DNA of 64,000 nucleotides, taken from assembly GCF_964213995.1 (NCBI RefSeq), contig NC_135830.1:8804001-8868000 (forward strand). Reading direction: 5' to 3'. Positions 13,060-26,826 of this stretch are shown one piece after another. Each line of letters begins with the position of its first letter. Positions within the stretch are counted from its first letter, which is position 1. Under the pieces are notes generated by a model. That model worked only from the letters and a program-made list of their open reading frames with translations, had not been told where the DNA came from and did not search any database. The position numbers and the translations under genes were made by a program. The stretch comes from Mustelus asterias. Its lineage: Eukaryota.

Positions 13060-13839
13060 TTCCAGGGGTTGGATTCTGCTGTTATTGTTTCTGCTCTCAA
13101 TTACATCCAGGACTGCATTTTGTTCATTCTCACAGTTGGTCAATGGGGAGGGTCGGAGGGTTTCTTTCTGCTGGACTGGCCGGTCTCACCACTTTGCCTC
13201 CAGTGGGCTGATAATCTTTTAACCTTGTTGCGAATATCTGGCTTTGGATTTCTCAAGGATCACAGAGTGAAAGAGCGTTAGGAAGTTAAAAGATATTTTG
13301 TTCACAATTATGTTTGGAAGCCTCGCAAAGCACGCAGAGGGAGTAGTGAGCATGAGGAACTGAAAGAGATTAGTATTCGTGAAAAAGTAGCACTGGAGAA
13401 ATTAATGGGGTTGGAAGTGAATAAATCCCCAAAAAGCTGCTGATCTACATCCCAGAGTGTTGGAAGAGGTGGCTGTGGAGATAGTGGATACATTGGTGGT
13501 CATCTTTCCAAATTCTATAGATTGTGGAATGGTTGCTGCAGATTGGAAGGTGGTAAATGTAACCCCACTGTTTAAGGAGGGAGAGAGAAAACGGGGAACC
13601 ACAGACCCATCAACCTGACATCAGCCGGAGGGAAAATGCTACAATCTATTGTACAGGATGTGATAACAGATGAATATGCACATTCAGAATAGGGGTACGT
13701 CCCTCGAGCCTGCTCCACCATTCAATACATACACAGCTGATCTGATTGTAACCTCAACTTCACATTCCCACCGACCCCCCAATGAGCTTCAGACTAAAAC
13801 TCCCTCCTCTGGGCAACATCTGGAAGAAATCAATGTTTC

Positions 13840-14620
13840 CCCCTTTCCATTTCTTTTCTCATTCTGGGGGGAATTGGGGACTTGCAGCAACTGAAGGGAA
13901 AGGAAGTGAATCCAGGGAGGCTGCAGACTCTGGAAAGGTTGGCCCAGGTCTCTCTCTCTTAAAGACATTAACATTCTTTGCTCCCTCAGCTAGACACATT
14001 TATTTGTCTGGCTAAAAGGATGGTCTCTTTCCGAATGTTAACAATGAAAGGGTTGTTTCCCCAGGAAATGGCTGACATTTCAGGGAACAGTGTAGTCAGG
14101 TAGGTGATGTCTCTGTTATGACTCGTGTTACATTTACATTCTCTATATTTATGATTTTCTGGTACAGTAGGTTTATTATATTTCTAATCTTGCAGTATAC
14201 TACTCGTCCTACACCTGAATGCAGGGCTGCCAGATGAGGGAGTGGTGGATGGAACTTTGCAAAATGTATTCTGTTTATTTTCTTACAAGTCAATACATTT
14301 TAATTTTTAACATCACAGGTTTTGTTTTTATCTTCACACAGGCCAAAACCTCCTCCTGTCTCCAACACCTGTGAGTAAAACACCTTATTTTTCTCCCCCT
14401 TTCCATTTCTTTTCTCATTCTGGAGGAAATTGGGGACTTGCAGCAACTGAAGGGAAAGGAAGTGAATCCAGGGAGGCTGCAGACTCTGGAAAGGTTGGCC
14501 CAGGTCTCTCTCTCTCTTAAAGACATTGACATAATTTCCTCTCTCAACTTGACACATGTATTTGTCAGGCTAAAAGGATGGTCTCTTTTCTAATGTTCCC
14601 GGGCTGGTTTCCCCAGGAGA
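13840..14620 (+). repeat. Near-identical ~220-bp direct repeat (13840-14070 and 14397-14620), possibly a duplicated ZNF 5'-UTR exon
   Basis: 'ttccatttcttttctcattctgg...gaagggaaaggaagtgaatccagggaggctgcagactctggaaaggttggcccagg' is present twice. Confidence 0.8.
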
Positions 14621-15509
14621 TAGAAACCTGCTCGACCATCCATTATGATCATGGCCGATCATCAAATTCAATATTCTGATCCCTCCCGCCCTCCCAATAT
14701 CCCTTCAGCGCTGAGAACTCTATCTAATTTCTTCTTGAAATCACACAATGTCTTGGCTTCAGCTACTTTCTGTGGGAGTGAATTCCACACATTCACCATT
14801 CTCTGGGTGAAGAAATTTCTCACTTCAGTCCTGAAAGGTTGACCCCTTATCCTCAACTCCCCCACCATCAGGAACATCGAGAGATGGCTGACATTTAAGG
14901 GGACAGTAAATATAGGACAGACATCTGTCTAATGTTGTTACATGGTGCATAATTGGTTCTGTAACAAAATACATTTATTATTTCTAGTTTTGTAATATAG
15001 TACTTCAGCGACATTATATATTTCCATTATACATTCACAGCACAGGTGTCCATTCAGTAACTCGAGTCCATGCCGACTTTCTGTCGGACAATACAGTCAG
15101 TCCCACTACCCCTCTATAGCCCTGTTCCCCTGCAAGTTTATTTCCTTCAGATGCACAACCCAATTTATTTTAAATTATTCTTCTCCACTTCCACACTGGT
15201 GTGATTTTCTGATTATGCCCACTCGCTGTCTAAATAAAGTTCTTCCTCACACATCCCCTACTCTATCTCAAATTAAAAGATACAGTACTCTCGATCAAAC
15301 ATTTTCTGGACAGCTAATTGTGCATCTGGCGCGATATATGTACATTTACTGAATTAAAATGTTTGGGTATCTGACTCCAGGACCTTGTATCGATAGATCA
15401 ACATGACTCACTGATTCAGGAGAATTGGGAGGGTGAATATTAGACACATCAGAGTGAGAATGGAGGGACAGTGTGTGGGACGGAGATTTACAGCTTTTGG
15501 GATTTTTAA

Positions 15510-15710
15510 AAATGTATTAGTGTCACAAGTAGGCTAACATTAACACTGCAATGAAGTTACTGCGAAAATCCCCAAGTCGCCACACTGTTTGGGTACACCA
15601 AGGGAGAATTTAGCATGGCCAATCCACCTAACCCGTGGATTGTGGGAGGAAACTGGAGCACCTGAAGGAAACCCATGCAGTCACGGGGAGAATGTGCAGA
15701 CTCCACACAT
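15510..15710 (-). mobile_element. HE1-like SINE body with alternative 3' tail
   Basis: Plus strand 'gtcacaagtaggc...ttaacactgcaatgaagttactgcgaaaatcccc' joined to the HE1-type 'gggaggaaactggagcacc' body. Confidence 0.7.
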
Positions 15711-15871
15711 CACATCAACATCTGACAGAGTCACTCAATTCACCAGGACCTGAATATCATCAGCCTTTGAATGTAGGAGAAATGTTTCTCTATTTTGTCT
15801 GCAACAGAAAATTTTAAACTGGAAAAGCACCTGGACGCACAGAGATCTGAGTGAGAATGTTTCAGCTTTAA

Positions 15872-16614
<743 letters not shown>

Positions 16615-16769
16615 ACCATGTTCATTCTGACAGTTGGTAAAGTGGGAGAGTCGGAGGGTTCCTTTGAGCCTGGGAGAGCACATTTCCACTGAAATGATCC
16701 ACAACAACTGATGAAGGACATTTATTTACTCCAGGAGAGTAAATAGTGTTTTCCCCCTACTACATGCAG

Positions 16770-17165
16770 CTCTAAAATGAACACAAAGAACTGGAAAAAT
16801 GCAGCAGGTCTGGCAGCATCTGTGGAGAAGAATTTTGCAGAACAGAAGCAAAAGGCGAGGTAATGGTTGTCGTAAAGAAGTGAGTGTTCAGGACAGAATA
16901 ATGAACATCGCTGTCTGAAACAAAAAACCATGAAAACAAGTTCAGGGTGTGAAGTTGTTGAACTCAATGTTGAGTCCAGAAGGCTGTAAAGTGCCTCATC
17001 GGAAGATGAGGGGCTGTTTGTCCAGCTTGTGTTGGGCTTCTCCGGAACATTGCAGCAGGCCGAGGACAGAAATGTGAGTGTGAGAGCAAGGTGGTGAATT
17101 CTAATGGCAAGCGGAAGGTCAGGGTGATGCTTGTGGACTGAGCGGAGTGTTCCACAAAGAGGGCA
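16770..17165 (-). mobile_element. Penelope-like element relic (GIY-YIG endonuclease C-terminus plus terminal repeat piece)
   Basis: Minus strand 17060-16951 translates SVLGLLQCSGEAQHKLDKQPLIFR*GTLQPSGLNIEFNNF; adjacent 'gcagcaggtctggcagcatctgtggag' terminal motif. Confidence 0.75.
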
Positions 17166-18676
17166 GGGAACAGGCGACAGAGGGGCTGAAGAGAAACCAT
17201 TTGTGTCCAGAACATTGTGAACATCCTTTTACTCTGGTTGTCTTTGATCCTCAGGTCATTTTCTGTTTGTTTTAACCATGTTCTGTTTCATTAATAAACT
17301 TTTATCAGTAAAAATATTTGATTTTTCTGGACTTTTCCTGATTGTGAAGCTGAAATATCTGTATCAGAAGGCCCCAGCCTCGGAGAATAAGTAGTTAATT
17401 GTATCAAATGGGCCCCAGCTTTTTGAAACTTCTGTGTTTTTTTTTCCCTCTGGTCAATCGCAAAGATCCCAATCTAGTCATAATTTGAAAATTTGTATTC
17501 GATGATGTGCTTATCTTAAATACGACTGAAGGGGAAAATTATTAACCAATTTAGAGGGTTTTTGACAGAATACATAAGACACTACAAACAAAGAGTTAAA
17601 TGATTCTTGAAACAAGGATAATATGGGAATGAAACAAATATTTTACAAATATGTGGATGCAATAAGAGAATTAAATAAATAACTATGATTATAAAACATA
17701 TATGCTCATATTTTAAATGTAATTTATGTATTGAATGAATTGTTCATTTCAACCAAAAGCAAGTCACTGTAAGGTATGATGACAAATCGAAGAGTTGAGA
17801 GCCAATGGCCTGGGAACCTTAGTAGTTGCAGAATTAATATCTAAAAGTTCCTGGCGAGGGAACGCATTTTGCAACTTTATGAATGGGGACATTCAATGTT
17901 TAGACATAGAATAGATCGTACTGGGACTCAGGATCACGTGTCTATCCAGTTTTGGAAATGAGCCGGTAGGAATGTTCATTTTGACCTCCTCACACAGAGA
18001 TACCTGCCTCGTGAGTTTTATATTGTCTGTAGTTAACGACAGTATTGGTCATCTCAAATTATCCCACAACACGAGTCATAATTTGGAAATTTGCAATCGA
18101 TGATGTGCTTATGTGAAATACACATCAGTCTCTTGGATTCACCCCATGGTTTGCACATCTGTTCTGTATGTGTTCTCTATCTAGCTTGTGGTTTGCCTGC
18201 CTGGGAAGTATTTCATCGGACGATATATAGAGAGATACACTCTGTTAACCCACGCTGCAGCTACACTGATAGTGTTTTTAAGGGACAGTGTATAGGAAAC
18301 TATCTTCTGCCACACACTGTCCTGCATCGGCCTCTAATGAATGAGCCTTTTGCTGTTTAGAATTACCTGAAACTCGTCAGTGACAGACCAGTTTATGCGT
18401 GAAATCACCACGGTTCTCCTCATTATTCATTCATTCTGTATCTGGATTTTATCATAAAAAGGCAGAGATGGAGGTGTATTTACACGGATGGGTCACTGGG
18501 TGGCGCAGTGACTCTCACTAAAGGGCATTGAGTTCAACCACATCCCACATATGACTGGGAAAAATCCCTGTCTGGGAAAGAGGGGAAACCGTATAATAGG
18601 GAAAATGGGGCGGAGTTGATGTGTTTTGGAGAACGGAATTAAGCCAAGCCAGAGATGGTTAAAATTTCATTCAATA

Positions 18677-18682
18677 TTTATT
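18677..18682 (-). terminator. Candidate polyadenylation signal of membrane-IgM mRNA
   Basis: AATAAA about 450 nt downstream of the TM2 stop. Confidence 0.5.
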
Positions 18683-19135
18683 TTAAAAATTCAGAGAATA
18701 TTTTACAGCAACATTATTCTTTTAAAGTTAGAAAAGTGAACATAACGATCGAGCTTCACATTGAGAACAGAACAGATGCACAGGGAATCCGTCAGTATCT
18801 GTACATCTGTTACATACACCAGAAAGAGAAAACAGGACCTTAATAGAAAGAGGAATTATCAAATGTGAATAAGGAATGAGAAAAGTTTCTTATTTATACA
18901 TGATCTTTAAACTACGGGGAAACTATTAACCACAATTACATTATAACAAAAAATGCCTCGTACATTTCACACTGAAAACTGAATGAACGTCTATAATTGC
19001 CTCAGTTACAGATTCAGAATGATAAACTGAGAGAATTTTACTGATAGAGTCACCGAGAGCAGATATTGTATTTGATCCACACAGAGATCTTGATAATCAG
19101 CTGCGGGAAATCTGCAGCTTCCAAAATTCAACCCA

Positions 19136-19144
19136 TCATTTGAT
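19136..19144 (-). CDS. IGHM: IgM TM2 exon (Ile-Lys-stop)
   Basis: TATCTTTCTTTTACAG|ATC AAA TGA, 140 nt after the TM1 donor. Confidence 0.85.
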   Translation of the reverse strand: MK

Positions 19145-19284
19145 CTGTAAAAGAAAGATACAATAATGAAGCAGATGTTGATGATGCGGGACATTAATGT
19201 TAGAGTTTTTAATCAGCGAAACATTGAGAATTTTTTCAAATCCATTCTGCCAGTTTGAAATGTGAGTGAATTGAATCATCTCAC

Positions 19285-19412
19285 CTTCACCAGAGTGACC
19301 GCAGTGCTGTAGAAAATGCTCAGGAAGAACAGGACGATGAATGTAGAAGCGGTTGTCCAGATGTTGCTGTTATCATCCTCATTGTCGTCAATCCAGACGC
19401 GGTCGGTGGAGT
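19285..19412 (-). CDS. IGHM: IgM TM1 (transmembrane) exon
   Basis: CCCTAG|AC TCC... translates (D)STDRVWIDDNEDDNSNIWTTASTFIVLFFLSIFYSTAVTLVK|GTGAGA, the conserved antigen-receptor TM motif; absent from the ORF track. Confidence 0.95.
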
Positions 19413-19969
19413 CTAGGGGACGGAGACCAGGAACTGAAATTAGATTACTTTATTTATCCAAGTGATCTTATTGTTATTTTTATGTTCCCCGTTCTCCTTT
19501 TTAGGCTGTTCATTTAATCTCGAATTCAATTTTCAATGTATATCTACTGTTAAATTCAGGACATTCAGTAACCGATCTCCGTAACTATTTTCACACCTGA
19601 TCTTTATTGACATTCCTTGGACAGTCCATGTCAGAAAACACTGAAGATGTTTAATTGAGTATCAGTTCATTTTTGAACTATTTGCCACTATCCCTTATTG
19701 AACAATGTTATGACTGATATCGTTCACTGATCAATGATTGTTTTCACAGATGGTTACTGATCTATAAACTGTAAATGTTGTTGTTTAAGAGTTGGGATGT
19801 AATTTCCGATCTGTGCTTCTTTATGGTGGAAATAGATCATGAGCTTAATTCAGCTTCTCAACGTGTTTGTCTGTTCATTGTACATTTGGATAGTTAATCT
19901 GTGGATATGTGCATTAAAAAATCACCTTTAAATGTTACATTCATCATTTGCCTCCCGTTTGTATTTAAG

Positions 19970-20814
19970 ATCTTGCGTTTGTGTGCGTGTGCATTAATCT
20001 TTGGCTTTGAGTTAATATGTGTGCAACAGTGTTAATGTACGTGTTCATTTGCCTATGGTTGTTGATTTGTGTAGTTGTGTGTCTGCATCTGTGTGTGTAT
20101 TTTATTCTTGTGTCATTGTGTATGTATGACTCTATTATTGTATGAAGTCTATGAATATTTATTAATGCCATTCTTAATGGGTGTACATGTGTTTATGCCT
20201 ATTGCTATGTGTTAATTTCTGTCACTCTAGTAATGTTTGTTTCCCTTTCTGTGTGCGTCTGTTTCTCCGTGTGTCTGTGTGCATGTCTGTTAGCAGGTCA
20301 GTATATGTGTATACATGTTGATAGTTCTTTATAACGGTGTGTTGATGTATGTTTGTGTTTCGATGTGTAGTAATGTGTGCTATGGTGTTCTGTTCTGTAT
20401 GAGCATGTTAATGTTTGCGTCTACATGTTTGCGTGTAAATGTTTTGCAGTCTGTTCATCTATATGTAGTCTGCTAATTTGTTTATATATATTTCCATGTG
20501 TGTTTGTTAATGTGTATAACATTGTGCGTCTTTATATCTATATTCCTGTCAGCGTGAATGTGTGCTGATATATATATGTACTTATTTGAGTCTATGTATT
20601 TGCTTGTGTATTTATGTAGCTCTGCATGCGTGTGTATCTGTCTGTATTGTGTCTCTGCATGTATGTGTTTGTGTTTGGGTCTGTGTACCTACTCACATAT
20701 GTGTCTGTGTATGTACCTGTGTGGTTTATGTGTATATGTGTACGTTAATACATATTTGATTATCTACATATGTTGTTGTTTTAGTGCCTGTTTGTACAAG
20801 CGCGAGTCTATGTA

Positions 20815-20853
<39 letters not shown>

Positions 20854-21273
20854 AAGGGGGGGGGGGAGAGAGAGAGAGAGAATGTGTGTGTGTGCCTATG
20901 TATATTTGTGTACGGATGTATTTATGTATGGGTATATTTTTGTGTGGGTGTATTTGTGTGTGTATTTTTGTTTGTGCCTGTGTTGTCCATGAGTGCATTT
21001 GTGTGCGCATTCTTGTTTCTCTGCATGTGTGTTCGTTTGTGCAAGTATTGCATGTACCTATGGTGTGTGAAAGTGTATCTGTGTGTATGCATGTATCTGT
21101 GTGTTTTTGTGCATGTGTATGTGCTGTGTATGTGTGCTTCTGTCTGTATTTGAATGCGCCTGTTCGTATTTCTGTCTCTGTGCATGCATTTGTGTGTGTA
21201 TTTACATGTGTCTTTCTGCATTTGTGTGCATTTTGTGAGTATGTGTATTTGTGCATTTGTGTCGATGTGTCTG

Positions 21274-21317
<44 letters not shown>

Positions 21318-21380
21318 TACGCCTATGTGTGTATTTATAATTGTGACAGTTTTGTGCGGTATTGTCAGTGTGTGTATTTT
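19970..21380. repeat. Degenerate (TG)n/(TGTA)n simple-repeat tract in the Cmu4-TM1 intron
   Basis: Low-complexity TG-rich sequence with pure (TG)n at ~20818-20851 and ~21281-21308. Confidence 0.9.
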
Positions 21381-22493
21381 TTAACCGTTGCTGCAAGTTT
21401 AACCGGCAATCATTAACTGAACGTGATCCAAACAATATGAATAATGGAGCATATTTTCAGTGTTTGATGTAGAAATTTCTTTTATGTGAGTGGCACGGTG
21501 ATATCAGGAGAGCGAATGAAATAATTCATTGATGCATCTCAGAAACCTCAGTGACAGAACAGTGAAAACCGGGGAGGATTCTATTATTTGTTTAAATTTG
21601 TATCATGGGAAATCAATGCCAGCACATGATTAACAGGAACAAGAGTGTTGAAACATTTTTAAACTATGTTGCATAAGTATATATGTATATAAGTATACAT
21701 TCATATATATATATATATATATAAGTATATGTGTATTATATACTTCAATGACACTTTGATAATGATACTTCAAAATCTGCAGCAAGTAAACGGAAGCTAA
21801 TTTGTACTGTTGACAACTGAGTCCTTATAGTAGAGAGCCGTTCCCTTCCAAACACTCTACTTGGGGAGAGGGAGGAGAGTGAGCTCATAATTTCCCTCTC
21901 TCTACCTGGTGAAGCAATGTCCCTGATGGTTCTAACCACTGAGGAGGTGGAGGTGAATGGATTAAATAATGCCATTCCTCCTGCTTTCATTGAGGAAGTG
22001 GTGGTACATGGGTTAGCTACTGCTCCTCCCCTCTCTTTGTTGGGTGAGTAGGAATCCGGTATGTTCACAATTTCACTCTCCCTCTCTCTGATGGGGGGAT
22101 TGTTGCTCCATGTTTCTGTGTGACCCTCACTCCAGTTCCCAGTGAGTGTGGTGCAGCAGCTTAAATATGACATCAATGCGTAAAGGCATGGACAACGAGA
22201 GAAGCAGGAACACCGAGATCTAAATGTTGTGTTTGTTTGTCAGAAATGTTGAAATTGTCGGAGTTTTCCTCAGGGAGGAAAGTCGGTGAAGATATTTTGC
22301 AGAATCCTGTAATGAATGCGCTCCACTCTGTCTCTAACACAGGGTGTGTCTGAGCTGGGCGCACTGGTTCAACAAGACTTGGACCTGAGACCTGAAAATA
22401 TCTGGGTCAAACCAAAGATAGCTAATGGAAGTAAAACTGAAAAACAATCAATTAAGCGTTTGGCTATTTCATTTGTTGTTAGAGGAAAAATAT

Positions 22494-22508
22494 TTTATTA
22501 TTTTTATT
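22494..22508 (-). terminator. Secretory-IgM polyadenylation signals (two AATAAA)
   Basis: tttatt at 22503-22508 and 22494-22499, about 30-40 nt after the secretory stop. Confidence 0.8.
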
Positions 22509-22535
22509 GAAGTTTTTAATGTTCGCGAATGATTC

Positions 22536-22927
22536 TCATTGACATGAATTAACGGTGTCCATCAGAGCAAGGGAAATGTTCACAAAACTGGGTTTACCGC
22601 TGGATTTGTCAACTGTTCTGTTGATGATCTTCAAGGGGATGGCTTCATGTCCCACCACACAGGAGTAAGAAGCGCCGCTGGACCATTCCTCTGCAGCAAT
22701 GGATAACAGGCTGTACATGAAGAAGGAGCTATTCCCGCTCTCCGCGACCACCTCGGTGTTCTTATAGTTCCCAGGATTCACTGGCTTGTCGTTGACGGTC
22801 CACTTGACGAAGATCTCTCGAGGGGAGAAACGTCTCACTAAGCAGCTGAGGGAGACGAATCTCTGAGCGGAGACTTCTTCTGCCGAGGGCAGGAGGACAG
22901 AGACGAACGGTTCCCGCGGATTTGGAT
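22536..22927 (-). CDS. IGHM: IgM Cmu4 exon with secretory tailpiece
   Basis: TTTTCTGCAG|AT CCA AAT: (D)[42 protein letters not shown]...[11 protein letters not shown]...[24 protein letters not shown]. Penultimate Cys and NIS glycosylation site present; internal G|GTAAAC donor at 22598/22597 for the membrane form. Confidence 0.97.
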
Positions 22928-23420
22928 CTGCAGAAAATGTACAATAAATGTCAATAAACTGGAGAATTCTGGAGACAATAAAACTGCTGGCTCGATATCA
23001 GAAAAATGTGCTTCGTTTCGATTTTCAATGTTTCCATTTTTGACTTCCAGTTTGGAGCAGATGTGAACACAATTATTTTATCAAATAACTCAGGGGGCTG
23101 GACTGGGAAGTTTCAGAAATTTTACAGCACAGAATCAGGCTATTCGGCCCAACTGATCAGCTTTTCTTTTGGTTTTCATGCTCCACATCAGGCTCCTCCC
23201 TCGTTATTCGATCTAAACCCAATAACATCGCCTTCAGTTCACTTTTCATTCATCAACACATCAAATTTCCCCGTAAAAATATCTACAACTCCCAGTTTTT
23301 AGTTAATGGAGTTTCCACTCAGGGGAGACCATTAATGCACTGAATACTGAATATTGACCAGTACACTTACACTGGAAATAGACACAGTGACGCATTTATT
23401 GCTTCAATCTCTCAGCTCAC

Positions 23421-23729
23421 CTGTTTCCTTGTGGATGGATTTTCTTAAAGGAGTCGGCAGATCCTGATGGCTCACCACGCAGTCAAACACAGCCGCACTC
23501 AGCCAGGCTTGTGTCGAGATGTTTAAGTTGCTGACCACGCTGTCAGGATCCGCTCCAGGCTTTTCGGCAATCTCTGATTTCAAATACTTCCTGTCTCGGA
23601 TCCAGGACACATTGACTCCATAGGGAGCATTAGAAATGATGCAGGTTAAGGTCACGGTCGCCTCCAGTAAGACCTGTTCTATTGGTGGTGGCTGTATCGT
23701 CACTGTGGTATCAGGGCACTGGGGAGGAT
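23421..23729 (-). CDS. IGHM: IgM Cmu3 exon
   Basis: TTCACAG|AT CCT CCC...: (D)[29 protein letters not shown]...W...[23 protein letters not shown]|GTGAG; 309 nt, phase 1 at both ends. Confidence 0.96.
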
Positions 23730-24174
23730 CTGTGAATGAAAAATGAAAATCAACCCGAGTTCCCTCTTCAGAAGCAGGACAGCAGTCTTCAGCCTGAAGG
23801 AGACGAAGTTGCCTTCGATATATCAACCTCTAACTATCACCTTTCAGCCTCTCTGGAGGATGGAAAACCAGCCTGCTCTGTGAAATTATTCTCTTTTTGT
23901 TCAAGTATTTTAGCAGCGGTATCATTCTCATGAATCAACATTGCAGTATTCCCCAACAAATATACCATTCCTGAACTCAGGAACCAAGTACTGGCAGTTA
24001 GTTTATAAGTAGGGTGGATGCACTTCCCAATATTTTACCCCTATGCTGTGACCTGTGAAACAGTCCGACACCGACTGTCTCTCCAAATCTTACCAGCTGT
24101 CTCAGGAAAAAGCTGACATCAAGACCACCTCGCTTACTATATTACTTCAAAATGGAAGGGAACACTATTTCAAG

Positions 24175-24470
24175 GGGAGACAGTGGCATGGTGGTGTTGC
24201 CAATGGTCTTGTAACCCAGGGCACGACTCTGGGGACACAGATTCGAATCTCAACACTGCAGATGGTGAAATTTGAGTTTAGTAAAAATCTTTCATTAAAA
24301 GTCAAATGATCATCATGAAGCCATTGTTGTAAAAACCCACCTGGTTCACGAATGCCCTTTAGAAAAGTAAATCTGCTGTCTTTATCTGGCCTGGCATGCA
24401 TGTGACTCCAGATCCACAGCAATGTGGTTGACACTTAAGTGCCCTCATATCTCATGAAGGAATAACAAAA
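24175..24470 (+). mobile_element. Deu-type SINE in the Cmu2-Cmu3 intron
   Basis: tRNA-like head (gtggcatggtgg...gattcgaatc) and the same body as 2840-3195. Confidence 0.65.
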
Positions 24471-24630
24471 ATTGCTGTTGTGATGAAATTCTGAATGGGG
24501 CACTGTCCTAAAGCAGCAAGCCACATGACAGTAAATTAGAAGTTGTTCTATCTTTGTACTAACTTTAATAGATCCCTAATTTCGATTAACATCGAAATTA
24601 TATATTTTATCCTCGGTTTGAGTCTCTTAC

Positions 24631-24942
24631 CCAGAGATCCGCTGATGTTCTGAATCTGGGTGAATTCTTGATGAGTGACCTGGCAGGTATAGACCACTTT
24701 ACTGAACCATTCCTGAGCGGAGACTGTCAGCCGACTGCTGGCCGAGAAGTTCCCATTCATTTCACAGGCGGGAGAGGTGACAATTCCTGAATCCATGAGT
24801 TGTCCATTCTTCAGCCACTTCACCGTCATTGACTTTGGCTGGAAATCGATGATTGAACAGACGATGGTTGCAAATTTTCTGGTGGTGATTTCTTCACTGG
24901 AACTCACGGTGAGGATAACGGTTGGGGGGAGAACGCGTGGGC
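24631..24942 (-). CDS. IGHM: IgM Cmu2 exon
   Basis: TTGAAG|GC CCA CGC: (C)[35 protein letters not shown]...WLKNG...YTCQVTHQ...SGSL G|GTAAG; 312 nt. Confidence 0.96.
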
Positions 24943-25029
24943 CTTCAACAAACAAATGTTCAGACGTTACTTGAAGATTCAATTGACAACAATTAAAATT
25001 AGTTCTTTTATTTTAGCATCATCGCTGCC

Positions 25030-25745
25030 GATTTGAGAATTATATCCATGGTTTGGTTGAATTGGCAGGGAAATGGCGAATGGAATTCAACCGTCAAAAG
25101 TGCCACACAATGCATTTGGGGAGGGAAAACAACGCAAGGCAATAAACTAGAATGTTAAGAGGGATTGAGGAAATGCAAGACTTTAGAGTGCATGTCCACA
25201 GGTCCTTGTAGATGGTAGGGCAGCTGGAAAAGTTGATCAAGAAAGCATATCGGATTAGTTCCTCTATTATGTGAGGGATTGAATACAAAAACAGTGGTGT
25301 AATGATGGAGCTGTATAAAACCGAGTTAGGCCACGTTTGGAGTTTGCTGTACAGTTCTGGTCACCACGTTGCAGGAATGATGTAATGACTCTGGAGAGAG
25401 ATGAGGTTTACAAGAATGTTGCCAGGGCCTGAAAATTGCAGCCATGAGGCGAGATTGGATAGGGAGGGGTTGTTCTCCTCAGAAAAAGAGGAGGCTGAGG
25501 CATGATGTAGGCAGAAATAATTCATTCCCCAAGTGGAGGGCTCAATTACCAGGGAGCATGCTCATTTAAAAGGTATCTGGGTCTGGATCTCGAGTGCTTT
25601 AACCTGCAAGGCTACAGGGCAAGGGCTGGAAAATGGGCTGAAAATGACTGGATAGTTTATTTGTTCTCCATTTTGGCTAGTACAGATATGATGGGCTAAA
25701 TGGCCTCCTTCTGTACAGTAACATTTCTATGGCCCTCTGGTTCTG
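25030..25745 (+). mobile_element. Decayed CR1 3' fragment in the Cmu1-Cmu2 intron
   Basis: 'gttaggccac...ggagt...gtacagttctggtcacc' (RPHLEYCVQFWSP-like) and a CR1-type 3' UTR. Confidence 0.7.
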
Positions 25746-25884
25746 AGCAACTTTTCAGTCAGTAGACACTTACCTGGATTTTGCACAATTCCAATTTTTC
25801 GGAGTGCTACAGATCAGTTATAACTAAAGCCTTATACAGTTCAATCACAGCGTCCCTGTCTTTCCCAGGTTCCACAACACTTAC

Positions 25885-26178
25885 ATTGCATTCCAATGCT
25901 CTTGACTGAGCCGCTGTGTCGAACCTCACAGGCAATTTTGGGGCATTCTGACTCGGTGATGGTTAACTGGCTGCTCAGGGTATAGGTTCCCTTCGTGTTT
26001 CTCACTGACGGGTAAGTCTTAAACCCATTGGTGATCGGCTGCCCATTTTTCTTCCAGGTCAGTTTGGAGACATCTGGAGAGTAGTCCATCGCCAAACAGC
26101 CGTAGGTGATGGAGCCGTCGGGGTTGTGTTGCTGACAGGAGGAGACCAGGCTGTAGAGAGTGGGCGGAGACGGTGTCG
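25885..26178 (-). CDS. IGHM: IgM Cmu1 exon
   Basis: TTTCCCAG|CG ACA CCG: (A)[34 protein letters not shown]...WKKNG...TYTLSSQL...[10 protein letters not shown]...GMQ T|GTAAGT; 294 nt. Confidence 0.96.
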
Positions 26179-26699
26179 CTGGGAAAGAATAGTCGATTGA
26201 ACAAGTTAGACTCTTGCGTTTATTAAGTCATCAAACATGTTTTTACAATTATGTTTCTATATTAGATAAAGCTGTTGGGGCTAAAGGGATCAAGGGATAT
26301 GGGTAGTAGGTGTGATCAGGATATTGATGAGCTCTGACCAAAGTGAATGGCGGAGCAGGCTCAAAGGGCCGAATGGTCTACTCCTGCTTTATTTTCTATG
26401 TTTCTATCTCAAACTTTGACTAGAATTATGAACTAATCCTAATATTTCCTGATCAAAACCTACATCCACCTTTGTGATTCTGTTATTTCTATCATCTGAG
26501 ATCCGTCATCTCTGTAGAAACTCATATCCCTGTCTCCACCTCTATCAGATTAGAAAGAAAAAACATTCTGCTGTCCTTAAAATGACATATCATTCATTGG
26601 ATTAACAGAGAAGAGCAAAGATTTTCTCCATTATTGCAACCACTATTTATTTCTCAAACAACAGCACTTTGTGATGAAGAAGTTGTCTCTTCATTCATA

Positions 26700-26826
26700 T
26701 CATCCACTCACCTGATGAAGGAGCTCCAAAAGCTCGCAATTCCAAATAAACCTGTTGGACTTTAACCTGGTGTGGTCAGACTCCTTACTGTGCCCATCCC
26801 CACCTAACGCCGGCATCTCCACATTG
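26700..26826 (+). mobile_element. Second copy of the hammerhead-bearing short repeat
   Basis: ccactcacCTGATGAAGGAGC-TCC-aAAAGCTC...caaataaacctgttggactttaacctggtg, the reverse complement of 10438-10582. Confidence 0.7.

Noticed and set aside
12413-13222. Overlapping alternative-frame ORFs in ZNF-B
   Set aside because: By-products of the 84-bp finger periodicity.
17476-18112. 39-bp near-duplicate (agtcataatttg...tcgatgatgtgcttat) downstream of IgM as a 3' enhancer
   Set aside because: The duplication is real, but it is short and has no consensus octamer or E-box cluster to support function.
20377-21435. Long C/V- or H/T-rich ORFs
   Set aside because: Translations of (TG)n simple repeats; the same applies to ORFs at 27041-27896, 28959-29483 and 30274-32481 (except the Tx1 frame).
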